A DNA stretch of 63,299 bases, filler included, from Dirinaria sp. TL-2023a (taxonomy: Eukaryota): assembly GCA_051941275.1 (NCBI GenBank). It is 7 parts of 7 records of this genome, joined end to end, with 100 filler letters (N's around TTAATTAATTAA, not from the genome) between each part and the next. Parts side by side here need not be neighbours in the genome. Positions count along the whole stretch, not along the records: positions 27,192 to 36,147 come from JAVEBF010001116.1; positions 36,248 to 45,200 come from JAVEBF010001117.1; 5 more parts are not named here. The stretch is one strand, 5' to 3'. The notes under the pieces were generated by a model. It made no database searches and was not told the origin of the DNA. It worked only from the letters and a program-made list of their open reading frames with translations. A program made the translations under genes and the position numbers. Shown piece after piece: positions 27,250 through 38,404 of this stretch (its first letter is position 1; every line of letters starts with the position of its first letter).

Positions 27250-29150
27250 TGTTCCCAACAATCCGACTTGTTTTCGAAGAGTATCAACTAGTTGACAACA
27301 GGTTACCGCTCGTAATATAACGTACAAGAGCAGAAACCTCAATCGGTACTAGTGTGTTCGATCCAAACTATCAAATCGAGGTTTTTCGTCACGACTGTCG
27401 AGGCTGGAATTGGTTACCTGGTAGTTACCAATGCTTGAGACAAATTTGAGATTTGACAAAGAAGAAGACAGGTGCCAGACAACAACAACCTTTCATATTG
27501 CACCAAAAGGGGGCCCCACTGTTGGTGGGTGATTATTGCTGTATTTGTTGGTTTGTTTGGTCCGACTACAGGAGTATAGACCATAGAAACTCAGAGCGGC
27601 ATATCCTTGTAAGGGAGCCACTCCACCTAGTGGGAATATCTAAGAGAGTTGGCATGATATTGAAGTACCATGGCCATGTAGGCGAATATCAGACATGGGA
27701 AGGAAGTAAAACGAGTACTGGAGGTCCCCTATGTATCCAAGGATCCAGACGTTGGATCCTGAACCCGCGAAAATCCTTCTGAATGAAGCGAGGAGACTAT
27801 ATATTTCAAGGTATCTTATCTTCTTGCGCTCATATGTCGATAACCTGACCGTAAAACGAGCTTTGCCAAAGATTTTCTTTTTCCTTCAGCATGGGTTCAG
27901 TCTACCTCAGTCTTAGCTCTCGTTACTTTCTTGTGACAACAATTTACATATCAACAATCACACTAAAAAATGCTAGTCTCATCAAAAATCAGATATTCTC
28001 TGAGAGATCAACTAATTGATATCTTGTCCCAGTTTTGATATTTATGATAAAACCCCTTAAGCAGTACTAGTCACTTTTCAGAATATTAAATCGAGGTTTT
28101 TACCTGGACTGTCGAGGCTGGAACGGGATGATAATTAGTTATCAATATTTTGAGCCAAATTGCGTTCATGCAAAGAAGAAAATAAAGCAGATTTAGAGAA
28201 CGTTAAAGTGATATATTTCTGAAATGAATTGAGAACATTTATTTCTGAAAATGCCCACGTTACCTCCTCAGGCTGGACCAACATACTTTCTATGACATGA
28301 CTCCCATCAGGTTGAGAGAGGGATTCTGCTTTCTGGAGTATGAATGAATAAGGACCAAGTTAACCTCGAATTCGATGATTTGAGTGCTTATGTTGTAACC
28401 CCGAGAGTCTTAGTCTCATCGGAAAATTCCCGGAATATTGTTCGAGCAATCAACTAGTTAAAAACAAGTTGTCACGACCACCATGAAGTATTTGATCAAA
28501 AACCTCAATCAGTACTAGTGCCTCCAAGTCTATCAAATTGAGGTTTTCAATCACGAGCGTTGGGGCTGGAATAGGTTACCAGGTAGTTACCTATATTACC
28601 TTAGTTAAGACTGTCATAATTTTTTTGTAAGACAGCAACGATCTTGTATTTTGCACCAAAAGGGGGCCCCACTGTATTTGATGGTATATTTGGTCCGACA
28701 TTTTTCTACGCTATAGTATCTTGACTCTGATCGAATCTTTTCATTTTCCATTGCGTCGCACGATACATTTAACACAGATCACATGGACAGTTCTCAATTG
28801 TGATTCAAGTGATGACGGCAACGCATTGACGACCTATTTGCTTGTAATAACATATTTTAACCTCAACAACCGTATTCAAGAAGCTCAGTCTGAGTTCCTT
28901 TCGAATGAGAAGTCAACTAATTGACATCCCCTTCCAATCTCGACAGTCGTGACGAAAATCCTTATCAATATTAGTATCTTCGCTTCATACTGCCAGATCG
29001 AGGTTTTTGATCATCACCGTTGGAGCTGGAAAGGAATGATAGTTAGTTATCAAAGAGCTAGACGAAACTGAAATTTGCCCCGACAATTGTCGAGGGTGAA
29101 ACGGGATGCTAACTAGTTATCACTGTTCTGAACGAATTTAAGATCTTAAC
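27250..29150. repeat. Array of degenerate fold-back (inverted-repeat) units, MITE-like or hairpin-RNA-like; 4 units plus 1 lone right arm
   Basis: Unit cores at about 27284-27431, 28008-28145, 28450-28591 and 28913-29052, with an extra arm at about 29085-29123. Shared pattern: TCAACTA(G/A)TT ... AAA(A)CCT ... (G)TA(C/T)TAGT ... AT(C/T)GAGGTTTT ... GCTGGAA ... TAGTTA. The left arm of unit 4 (ttccaatctcgacagtcgtgacgaaaa) is nearly the reverse complement of the right arm of unit 1 (tttttcgtcacgactgtcgaggctggaa). Confidence 0.8.
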
Positions 29151-31039
29151 AAAGATAGATAGGGTATAAGGGAATGTAAAAGAGTAATTCCTGCAATGCG
29201 GAGAGGAGACTAAGGTACCTCTTCGAAAAAGCTACATACGAGTACTCTTCTCATACTAGGGTCTAGATCAGCACACTGGTCATAGAGAACTGTCAGGCCA
29301 CCCCAACTTACACACCGCATCTCGTTCTCCAGTTGACTTTTCGACGCTGGATTCACACGATCCCTACTTAGATCATGATCCACATCGTCTGATACTCGCA
29401 GTCGCTGCATTCCGCGTTCAATAAAGCTTTTGCCAGCCCCGTTTGGATCTTGCGTCTCATCAGAGAAGTCGCTCAAGGCGCCGCCGCCTGCCTGCCTATT
29501 AAGTCTTTTGCGATGAGAAGTGTAGATAGCCGTATGACACGGAAAGAATGAGTGACAAACCACAACGTCCGGCGCAGTGGTTGATGTTAGGTTGCTGGGG
29601 TCCTGGATAGCTATGCTGCGTTACTTTTCCTCGGCAGCCGGGCGTGTTGGCAATGTTCTTGTTCGGTATGTCGTTTGTTTGACGGATTGTCAGGACATCT
29701 TCGGATAAAATATATGATGGTACTTGACATGGGAATTGCTTCGGACGCGCAGCGCAACAACGTAACCAGTGCTACGAACCGAAAATATCTTGGCGCTGTG
29801 TCATGGCGGTAAAAACACAGCTAGACGAAGGGATAGGCGAGAGCGCCAACGTCGTCTCCTTTATTAGCGGCTCGACTTTCTGCCATTGCGAGCTTTGCTT
29901 GTTGCTCCGCGGTTCTGTTGAACAGATGTCGTAGTGGTGGAGCACTGCCGCCGGGGGGTCCACCGTGACCTTTTCTGCATCTCGGCATTAGCACGCGTGT
30001 CCCACAATATTAAGACGCGAGGAATTTCATCACTTACGAATTGTATTTGGCTAGAGACACAATAAGTCCTACTTGGACGGCAACTGTTTTGGCGATCTTG
30101 TTTCCAGACATGATGTAGATTGTGACTGGGATAAGGTGGTTAGGACGCAGGTAAGGTACGGTAGGAAGTAAAGTAGGCTTTTTATGCTCTTTGGATAAGG
30201 ATGGTGGATCGTCAAGGAGGACGCGGTGCGTAAGAGATAAGTTTAGTTGGAGTTTGGGTTTTGAAATTTGAGCGTACGTACAATTTGCGGTACTTTGAGT
30301 ATGGAAATCTAGAGAGAAAGAAGGGAAGAAGGGAAGGGAGGGGGAAGGGGGTTTAAATAGTCCTGAGTACAGCAGCTTTGACACGATTTGAGCGATTTAG
30401 AGTGTGAAAAACCTCACTCAACCATGGATTGGAGATTGGTTGGGTCTGGGTGAGTCACTCTATGAGCGCCAATTGCCCTGTTGTGGTAAAATTGGTATGG
30501 GTTGAGAGATGTTTGGATGCCGCTAATTCCCGGTTGAGCCCTCACCTCAACATAGAGGAGTGGCTTTTCCCCCACACTGATCCGGGAAGCTGTAAATGAT
30601 AGATTATATGTTTTTAAATCGCGCTGAATAAATCCCTTATGCTGGCTAATGCATTGGCTGTAATTCTCTATATGCCTTGCAGTTGCAGTCGACAAACTTG
30701 TGGCGTTATTAGCTACGATGGACTCTGAGGTTCTTTGAGATAAATGGCATACATACCGGTAGGAGTAGGGAAGGCGTAGAAATCATACTCATTACAGACT
30801 TACTATAACAGTCGCAAAAAGCAACAACTCTTTTTGCCTACTCTTCGATCTGCTGAGTTGCGGCCTCAGCAGAAATCCAAGCCCTCTTTGTTGCGATGGA
30901 GGACGGACAAGGTCAGTCACTCTATATGACGAGCTAGATGGCTAACGAAAGTCTTGTGCGCACATATTTTGTCCTTATATAAAAGACAGGTTGCTTCGCC
31001 ACTGGTTTGGTAATACGTGCTGTTCTCTGACTCGCTGGT

Positions 31040-32040
31040 ATGAGCATATTAATCGTGAAGGCGCTACTCATATCCCATTGCAAACAGCTTGTCTGGAGTT
31101 GGGCATGTCATCTCTGTGCAGACGTGGGGCTGAAAATCCTCGAGCACATGTGCAGTCCACGATCTGATGCTTGGTACCAAAATAGTGAAGTAGCAGCAGG
31201 GGTATCGGAAAGGTGCGCCACCATTGGAGTCCTTCGGTGGCGGCGGTATGGCAACGCCTTCCACATCTCCCTTAGTCTAGGGTTCAGGGTCGGAATCTAT
31301 GCCATCATCGTCAATTCATATTCGCAGGCGCCTGCTGCAAGTGGATTCGATTGAGTATCTCGCGTAGTATCCGTACTGGTAGTGCTCTGGTCCTGGCTGT
31401 TTCTGGCGAATCTATCGAGCCCTTGCTTGATTTTGGCAGCGTGCGCTTCCCGTACTTTAGATATTTTCGCCTGCGTGCAAGATTCTTTCCAAGGCGCTGC
31501 ATTAGGATCTCCTCTGCTTTAGGAAACCTATCTCTCACGTGCTCGAGGTCAGATTGCTCAAACGCTGTGATATCAATACTGTTTGCGCAAATGAGAAAGT
31601 CGTCCTGCATAGGCTTTCGGATGAGCATTGACACTTGGAACAACCGATTGATGATCTCCGCAAAGCTTTCCTGAAGGAGCTCCAGCTGAGCTTGCAGCCC
31701 GAGATCGTCTGCATCCCGCTCGTCAATGGGCTCTGCATTATCGATACCATGCTTTCTGTCAAGATGGTTTCCGGCTAAGACGTCCCTCGAACCTTGCAGC
31801 CTGCGAAGCATGTCTTCCATTAGACTAACTATCTGTTGGCGAGTATGGGAGGAGTCTCGAAGCTCGAAGTCCAACGATGCTTGACCCGCTCAATGAGCGC
31901 CAGTATATGCTAACCATGTGTGCAAACCGCCGAACTCGTATGTCCATGCCTCGGCTACAGGAATCTTGATCTGCGCCTTTTGTGAGCCTTTAGATTTCTC
32001 GGCTAAACTCCTTGAAGCAGGCATCTAAGGGCCATGGAAT
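31040..32040 (-). pseudogene. Disrupted member of the fungal family with N-terminal 'GAH...SLD.RLRD' helical domain plus CPYC-type/C2H2-like zinc finger (often fused to ankyrin or other domains)
   Basis: TWLAYTGAH*AGQASLDFELRDSSHTRQQI ... RLFQVSMLIRKP ... DLEHVRDRFPKA ... RLGKNLARRRKYLKY, then in another frame PPPPKDSNGGAPFRYPCCYF ... WTAHVLEDFQPHVCT..TC. It has an in-frame stop, a frameshift and early termination. Confidence 0.7.
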
Positions 32041-33240
32041 CGACCCAGCGCCTTCTTCTGGAAAGTCCGGTGAGGGCGAAGCTTGCTTTCGTTCCGCCTC
32101 TGCAGGACCAAGGATATGCATGCGTAGCTTCCACTGTAATACGAACGTTTGCGGAGTGGCATTGGTACAAGCGGGTAGGCTTCTGAGCGATACTAATAGA
32201 CGACATAGTTTTAAAGTTGGAGCTGACGTGTGCCCGGCCAGAGTGGGAGCGCAGGTGTTTAAATTAAATAATGTAGTCGTGCCTCAACACTGAGAATTAG
32301 TCACTATCCTCCGAGTTACAGTCGCTCTCCGTTTCCAATTCCACATGCACAGCCTGATGTAAACTAGTGGCGCTGCCCTGCCGCCGAGTAAGCCTTTGAT
32401 TGCGTAATTACCGCGAGACCAACATTCTAGGTTCTCAGATGTAGTCTATGCCTGCCGAGGTTTCTAGGCTACTCATTATGAGAAGTACCTGGTAAGAGGT
32501 CTTGGAATTGGGGACTCGTGCTTGCAATTGCATTTCCCCCCTACAATGTAGAATTCGATCGAGCTATGAGGGATGCGCGGACGCAGGCTTATTGATAACG
32601 CCTTATAGTATTCTGCAAACGCTCTCGCATTCGATTCGATAATCCTAGAAGAGCAATGAATGACTTATTTAAGCAGAGGGGGGCAATGCCTATGCTAATT
32701 GAATTGTTTCGCGTAGCACTGCAATGTAAGAGAAGACACTTCTCGGTGAATATAAAATTTTGACAGCTAAGCAATGCTCGCGAGCGGACACTCTTAAAGA
32801 TTGAGCTTCAAATTTGCTTCTAAGGAAAATTTTCATGCTAATTGGAAGCTGACTGTGGGGGACGAGACTTCAATGGCGCGAAACAGACCAGCGAGATGAC
32901 TCGGATCCACAAATATCGGGCATTTAGAAGACAGCGCAAGTTTTTCGGTCCCAAAATGCAGGCTTGGCGCGGTCTTAGTAGTAGAAAGTTCATCCATACT
33001 TATCTCACCGTTACGAGACACAAGAGGAGCAATTAGACTCCTCCGGCCATAACCTGATAATACTTGCAAGTGAAAATTTGTGTGGTAAACCGAGTTGTTG
33101 TAGCAGCATTGCAAGTAGAGCTTTCTGAGAATTGAAAGGATTGGGTCAGCTTTAATGCTAGGGTTTCAATTTCAAGATGGATGCCGGTAAATCCTCTGAT
33201 GAACAGTTGAAATTTACGCGTATCCGATTGGCGGATATAC

Positions 33241-33270
33241 ATAGCGCGTCTTACACGTGATCTCGCGTTT
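33241..33270. promoter_or_regulatory. MCB-like (CGCG-core) elements upstream of EME1
   Basis: GCGCGT and TCGCGT about 120-140 bp before the ATG of a DNA-repair gene; function is inferred. Confidence 0.35.
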
Positions 33271-33383
33271 CTACCGTCCTGTGTGTAAGGTATTGAGCCA
33301 GTGTTGCCGACATTCAGTCTGCTCACCTGAGCAATTATACCACAATTTATACTAGTCGCTGATGAGATCCGCGCAATGTAGCA

Positions 33384-35318
33384 ATGGCTCCACAGGTATT
33401 TATAGACCTGAGTTTGAGTACCGATGACGAGGGGCCAGCCAGAACACTGAAGTCGACCACAGAAGCAAATGTCGGTCTGGTCCAATCTCATGATGACTTT
33501 GTGTTTCTTTCAGACGAGAGCTTCAAGGAAAACCCTCCGAAACGACGCAAAACGGGCTGCCAGATCAGTAGCAATCGAGACCGCGCGATTACATCATCCA
33601 CTCTTGAAGTAAGCATTCAGGAGCGGCCGCTTCAAGAGGCGAATCTCCAAACTACGAACAAGCTCAGGCGAACGGAACCCACCAGTTTCGCCTCGGACGA
33701 CATCGTGTTTACCTCCTCAGCGGATGTCAACCATAGCAGCCGCTTTGCTCCGAACACGCAACTGGTCAGTGTCAACCCAGACGACTCAGACGCTAGTCTT
33801 CCCGAAGATATCTTGGCCACAGCACGTTCAACAAATGAACCGACCGTTTCTGTTCGAACCACAGCGCTGTTGGCGAAGCTGCAGGAAACCCGTCCGCCAC
33901 TGCGCAAGCCTTCGAACGCACAAAAGTTTTCGACTGCCGATTCACGATTGCCTAAAAAATCAAGGTCTCCTAACTCTGGGCTTGATGATAATCTCGAACA
34001 CACTGACAGTGAGAGCCATCCGAGATCGCGCCGCCAAGCCTCGACAAACACCAAGCTTTCAGATGAGCAAAAAGCGCTAAAGGCACGCGAGAGGGAGGAA
34101 GCGAGAGTTGCCAGAAGGGCCGAGAGGGCGGAAGAGAAGGAGAAGGAAAGGGACAAACGAAGGGCGGAGCGAGAAGAAAAGGCTCGAGAAAAGCAACGAG
34201 CTGCGGATTTGACCGAGGTGAACAAGGCCAAGAAGGATAAGAAGGAGACGTCAAAAGAGATGATTGTCGATTTACCTATGTCGATCGAGGGATCAAGGAT
34301 AGATGACCAGATCAAGGAATACATGAAAAACCTTGGGATTGAAACAAACACCTACCAGAGCCAAGTGCCCAACACGATCCGGTGGAGGCGGAAAGTTAAC
34401 TCCTACTTCGACGAAGAGAAAGCTTATCGAGTCACAATACCGAAGGAGGTTCACAACGAAAAGCACGTACTGTGCCTATTATCAGCAAAGGAGTTTGTCC
34501 AACTGGCAACTGCGGTCGATACGCAATCAGAAAGCGAGACGTCAGAGGAGCATGTTCGGACTCTACGACGGAGTTTTCAGGACTGCAAACCAATATATCT
34601 AATTGAAGGTCTTGATGCTTGGATGAAGAAGAACAGGACCATTCGCAACAGAGAGTACCAGGCTGCGGTACTGGGACAAGCCCAAATCCAAGACAACACC
34701 GCTCCATCGGCTAGCCAGCAAGCTGGTCGACGTAAGAAACCTGTGGAGAAGTATGTAGATGAAGATCTGATCGAAGACGTGCTGCTGCGACTGCAAGTCT
34801 CCCATGGCTGCCTGATTCACCATACTTCTTCACCATTTGGAACAGCAGAATGGGTGGTGAATTTTACACAGCATATCTCGTTGATACCCTACAGGCAAGT
34901 CTAATCATTGACATCGAATGCCGAGCTGATTTGATCATAGGCAAGAGAAGATGCAGATGGAGACGACCTTTTGTATGGAAAGCGGCCAAGTCAAGACCGG
35001 CGAAGACAAAGATGACACCTACGTTAAGATGCTACAGGAGGTGGCCAGGATCACGTTGTCAATGGCCAATGGAATAGCCATGCGGTATCCTAACGTGGGT
35101 AGCCTTGTACAAGGCTTAGTCGACCACGGCCCGCTTGCTCTAGAAGATATTAAGGTGATTAATCCACTGGTCTCTCGAGCGTAAGAAGCTAAACAATGCT
35201 TTGGTAGAAAACGGCAAACCAGCGTGGAGAGTTTTCGGACAGAAGAATCGGACCTGCAGCTAGCAAAAGACTATACAACATCTTTATGGGGACGGATCCT
35301 TCGTCTACAGATATCTGA
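33384..35318 (+). CDS. EME1: Crossover-junction endonuclease non-catalytic subunit Eme1/Mms4 (ERCC4 domain)
   Basis: EMIVDLP, IRWRRKV, PIYLIEGL, IEDVLLRLQV, AEWVVNFTQHISLIPYR, FCMESGQVKTG, YVKMLQEV and RRIGPAASKRLY. GC-AG intron at 34895-34940 and GT-AG intron at about 35155-35207. Confidence 0.92.
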
Positions 35319-35715
35319 GTAGACACAGTCCCATGCGAATAAGATAAAAAAAAAAAAAAAAAAGGCCGAACAATGACTGTGCTATGCATTTTTTACATAT
35401 ATGGGAAAATTTTGGATCTGGGCTTGGACTGGATTGCTGTTGGTTGCAATATATTTGGCATGACTAGGCATTGGCTACTAAATATCACTCTAGACACATT
35501 AAAAAGGTCGCTTTATCAAAGTATTACGGACCAGAAAATGCTTCTACAGTACAGCGACGCACCTCATAAAAACGTAACTTTTAGCGAACAGAACCCCTCT
35601 CAGGCAATCCTTGCCGAGACCTCGAGACCTCATACATAGAAAACAAAACCTTCATTATTTCCCAATATCCGTGCCATTCCATGCCCCACCACCTCAAAGG
35701 CCTTTGAAGTACACG

Positions 35716-36147
35716 ATGTCATCCGATGCCACCCTCTCGAAACACGTAACCCTGGTCTCGAACGACGGTTTCGAATTCATCGTGCTGCGCGAAGCCGCGT
35801 ACGGCTCGCACGTTATCAAAAGCATGCTGAACCCGGAAAGTAAGTCCCCATGTCCCGTTTCCCCCCCCCAAACAAGCATAGGTATATCCCTTGCCTCATG
35901 TTTAACAACGCTTAAAATACGATACAGGTGGCTTCGCGGAAGCAATCAGCGGCCGGTGCACCTTCGGCGACTACGAGTATGTATGTTCCCTCCCCCCCGG
36001 GCAGCCCAACGCCCGCGTCTCAAAGAAAAGAAAAAAAAATCCAACCTACCTACCTCCCTCCCTCCATCTCATCCATTCCATTCATATAATTATATCTCAG
36101 CGGAAGAAAAAGGGGCTGATACAGCAAACCTATGGCACTAGTCATGA
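35716..36147 (+). CDS. ELC1: Elongin C (Skp1-like), 3'-truncated by the contig end
   Basis: MSSDATLSKHVTLVSNDGFEFIVLREAAYGSHVIKSMLNP/ GFAEAISGRCTF, with two GT-AG introns. Confidence 0.88.
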
Positions 36148-36247
36148 NNNNNNNNNNNNNNNNNNNNNNNNNNNNNNNNNNNNNNNNNNNNTTAATTAAT
36201 TAANNNNNNNNNNNNNNNNNNNNNNNNNNNNNNNNNNNNNNNNNNNN
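36148..36247. other. Artificial contig spacer 4
   Basis: Same 44N-TTAATTAATTAA-44N block. Confidence 0.98.
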
Positions 36248-37821
36248 AGTAAGGGTTTGGATCAGAAACATACCGACCACTCCGGGATAGCTTTGATCTG
36301 CTGCCACATGAACTTCTCCAGCTTGTTGGCGCTCTTCGCGTACGGGGTCGTCTCGTTGTTGTACTTCCTGCAGTTTTCGAAGATCAAGCGGGCGTCCTTG
36401 ATGAAGTCTTCGGGCGTGTTGTACTGGTCGCTCTCGAGCTTCGTCTCCATGGTGCTCAGATCCATCGGTTCCGTGATCACGTCGTAGTAATCCGCCACCT
36501 CGTCGCGGTTGACCGGGTGCGTGAACGGCCAGGAGGAGCCGTGGTTCTGCAGGTCGTTGAGCAGGTGCACGAGTTGATTGTAGTTGGGGCCGTGGCGCGG
36601 TTGGCGCGCGAGTTCGTCCATGTCGGGAGACCAGCCGGAGGCTTTGATGGCGGGTATGCTCATGGGATCGATTTTGCAAGGTCCGTTTTTCCACTCTTTG
36701 GGGGCTGGGTGGATTAAATGGCTTTTGGAAAAGGCGCGGATCTTGGCCTGCACGGCTTCCTTTTGTTTCAGGAGCATGCGGCCGGATTCCAGGTAGCGGA
36801 TGCGGGGCACCATGGTGCATTGCATAATGGTGCCACCTTCATAGTCTTTGATGTACCCCATCCATGTCGGTTTGTCCAGAGTGATTTCCTTTGTGAAGCC
36901 TTGCTTTTTGAAGTAGCCAATCGCATAATTATCGGCGTATGTGAGGAAATGCTGGATCGGAGAGGTGGCTTTTACATAGTCTTTTAGATGAGACATCAGG
37001 TGCGCCCCATAGCCTTTCACTTGCTGGTCAGAGGAGATGGCGCAGAAAACGATCTCGGCAAATTTGCGGGAGTTGAAGGGTCTATAGGTTATTCCGCCAA
37101 CAACTTCCAGAGGGTGCTTGACAATGGCTATGGAAAGATGGGTTCGGTCATAGACCAGCCGGGCTATATAATCTTTCGGCATCTTTGGAAGCTGCTTCTG
37201 GAAGATGCATTTCAACCCGGTCAATATGATGATGCTATCGCGGCTATTGTCATTATTGACCACTCGGAATTCGATTTCTCCATCCCGCTCTTCTATCACA
37301 GCTGGCTAGATATGGCTTAGCATACTGCTACGCGGGATCTAATTTGCTGTACCTGCGCACTTTTTCCGGGAAAGGAACAACGTTGATCAGCTTCTTGTCC
37401 TTCTCTGGCGTTACCGTATGGGAGTTTTTGATGCGCTTCTTCGTAATCGGGTCATCCGAAGCATCGCTGGCTTTCCGTTTGCTATCTAGTCCAGTCAGTT
37501 GATTTTCCCCAGCGAGGTCGAATGTCTACCGACTTTCCAAAATCATGGGAGCCATGACAGGCGCTTCTGGCTTTGGTCAGTATTCCGCTTTCTTCAACTC
37601 ATCCAGCTCGCATGCGGAAAGGCTCTTCGGATAAATGTTTTCCCATTGCCGACCTTAAGCGCGCGGAAGAACTTCGCTTACTTCTTGGAGCTGGTCGCTG
37701 GAACCAAGGTGTCCTATTAAATCATGAGCCAATCTCCCATCACCACTTTAAGACATTGAACTGAGCCAACGAGGAGCTCCACTCACTTGCGCACCACCGC
37801 TGCCTTTCGCGGCTCCGACAT
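36248..37821 (-). CDS. GCN5: Histone acetyltransferase Gcn5 (GNAT + bromodomain); last short exon lost at the contig edge
   Basis: [60 protein letters not shown] and bromodomain WPFTHPV...[15 protein letters not shown]. The 5' exons and the ATG at 37821 were inferred by eye. Confidence 0.96.
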
Positions 37822-38296
37822 ATTGGGTTTCAATGTCTCTGAACGACGTTTGGGAGGGTGCAAGTGGCAGCCCTTTCTATCCAACGGTTGCGAAGGAGAG
37901 GCAGTTCCTAGTAGCGTTCACGCTGCTGCTGACTGGTATGTTCTTAACTTGTAAAATGGCATACGAAATACTAATGATAATTTAGCATTTGTTCTGACTG
38001 GACTATTCGGTTTGAGTGAGCGAAGAAACACTGAGGACCTTACTCCTCGTTAACAATCCTTAGATCCGGCTTTCAAGAACATACCACTATTAGGCTTGCC
38101 TGCGTCATTGGCATTTGGGTTGGTCCTTTGAGAAAAATGAGGAAGTAAGACTGACTTGCCGCCCAGGTTTGGCGCGGTGTACATGATTTGTGCTGTCGGA
38201 GTTTACGTCTGAGAAATATCATTCCAGAGGACCATTAGAAATATCATGTGAAGCATTGTATAATACTACCTGTTAATTCATAGCGCTTTCGTCATT

Positions 38297-38320
38297 ACGC
38301 GACGTCGCGAAGGTAAACAA
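38297..38320 (+). promoter_or_regulatory. Palindromic double MCB/SCB-like site plus forkhead motif upstream of the 9-1-1 RAD1 gene
   Basis: ACGCGACGTCGCGAA (palindrome CGCGACGTCGCG), then GTAAACAA at 38313-38320, about 90 bp upstream of the ATG. Confidence 0.45.
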
Positions 38321-38404
38321 AGTGAGCTCTCAGCTCAAATGGCACGCGAGCTCGTTCGAGCTCATTCCTAGATTACTTTTTACAACATTTTACTTTCGTT
38401 TACA

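Noticed and set aside
27250..29150. CRISPR array interpretation of the repeat units
   Set aside because: Units are over 140 bp, degenerate, spaced by hundreds of bp, in eukaryotic DNA and with no cas genes.
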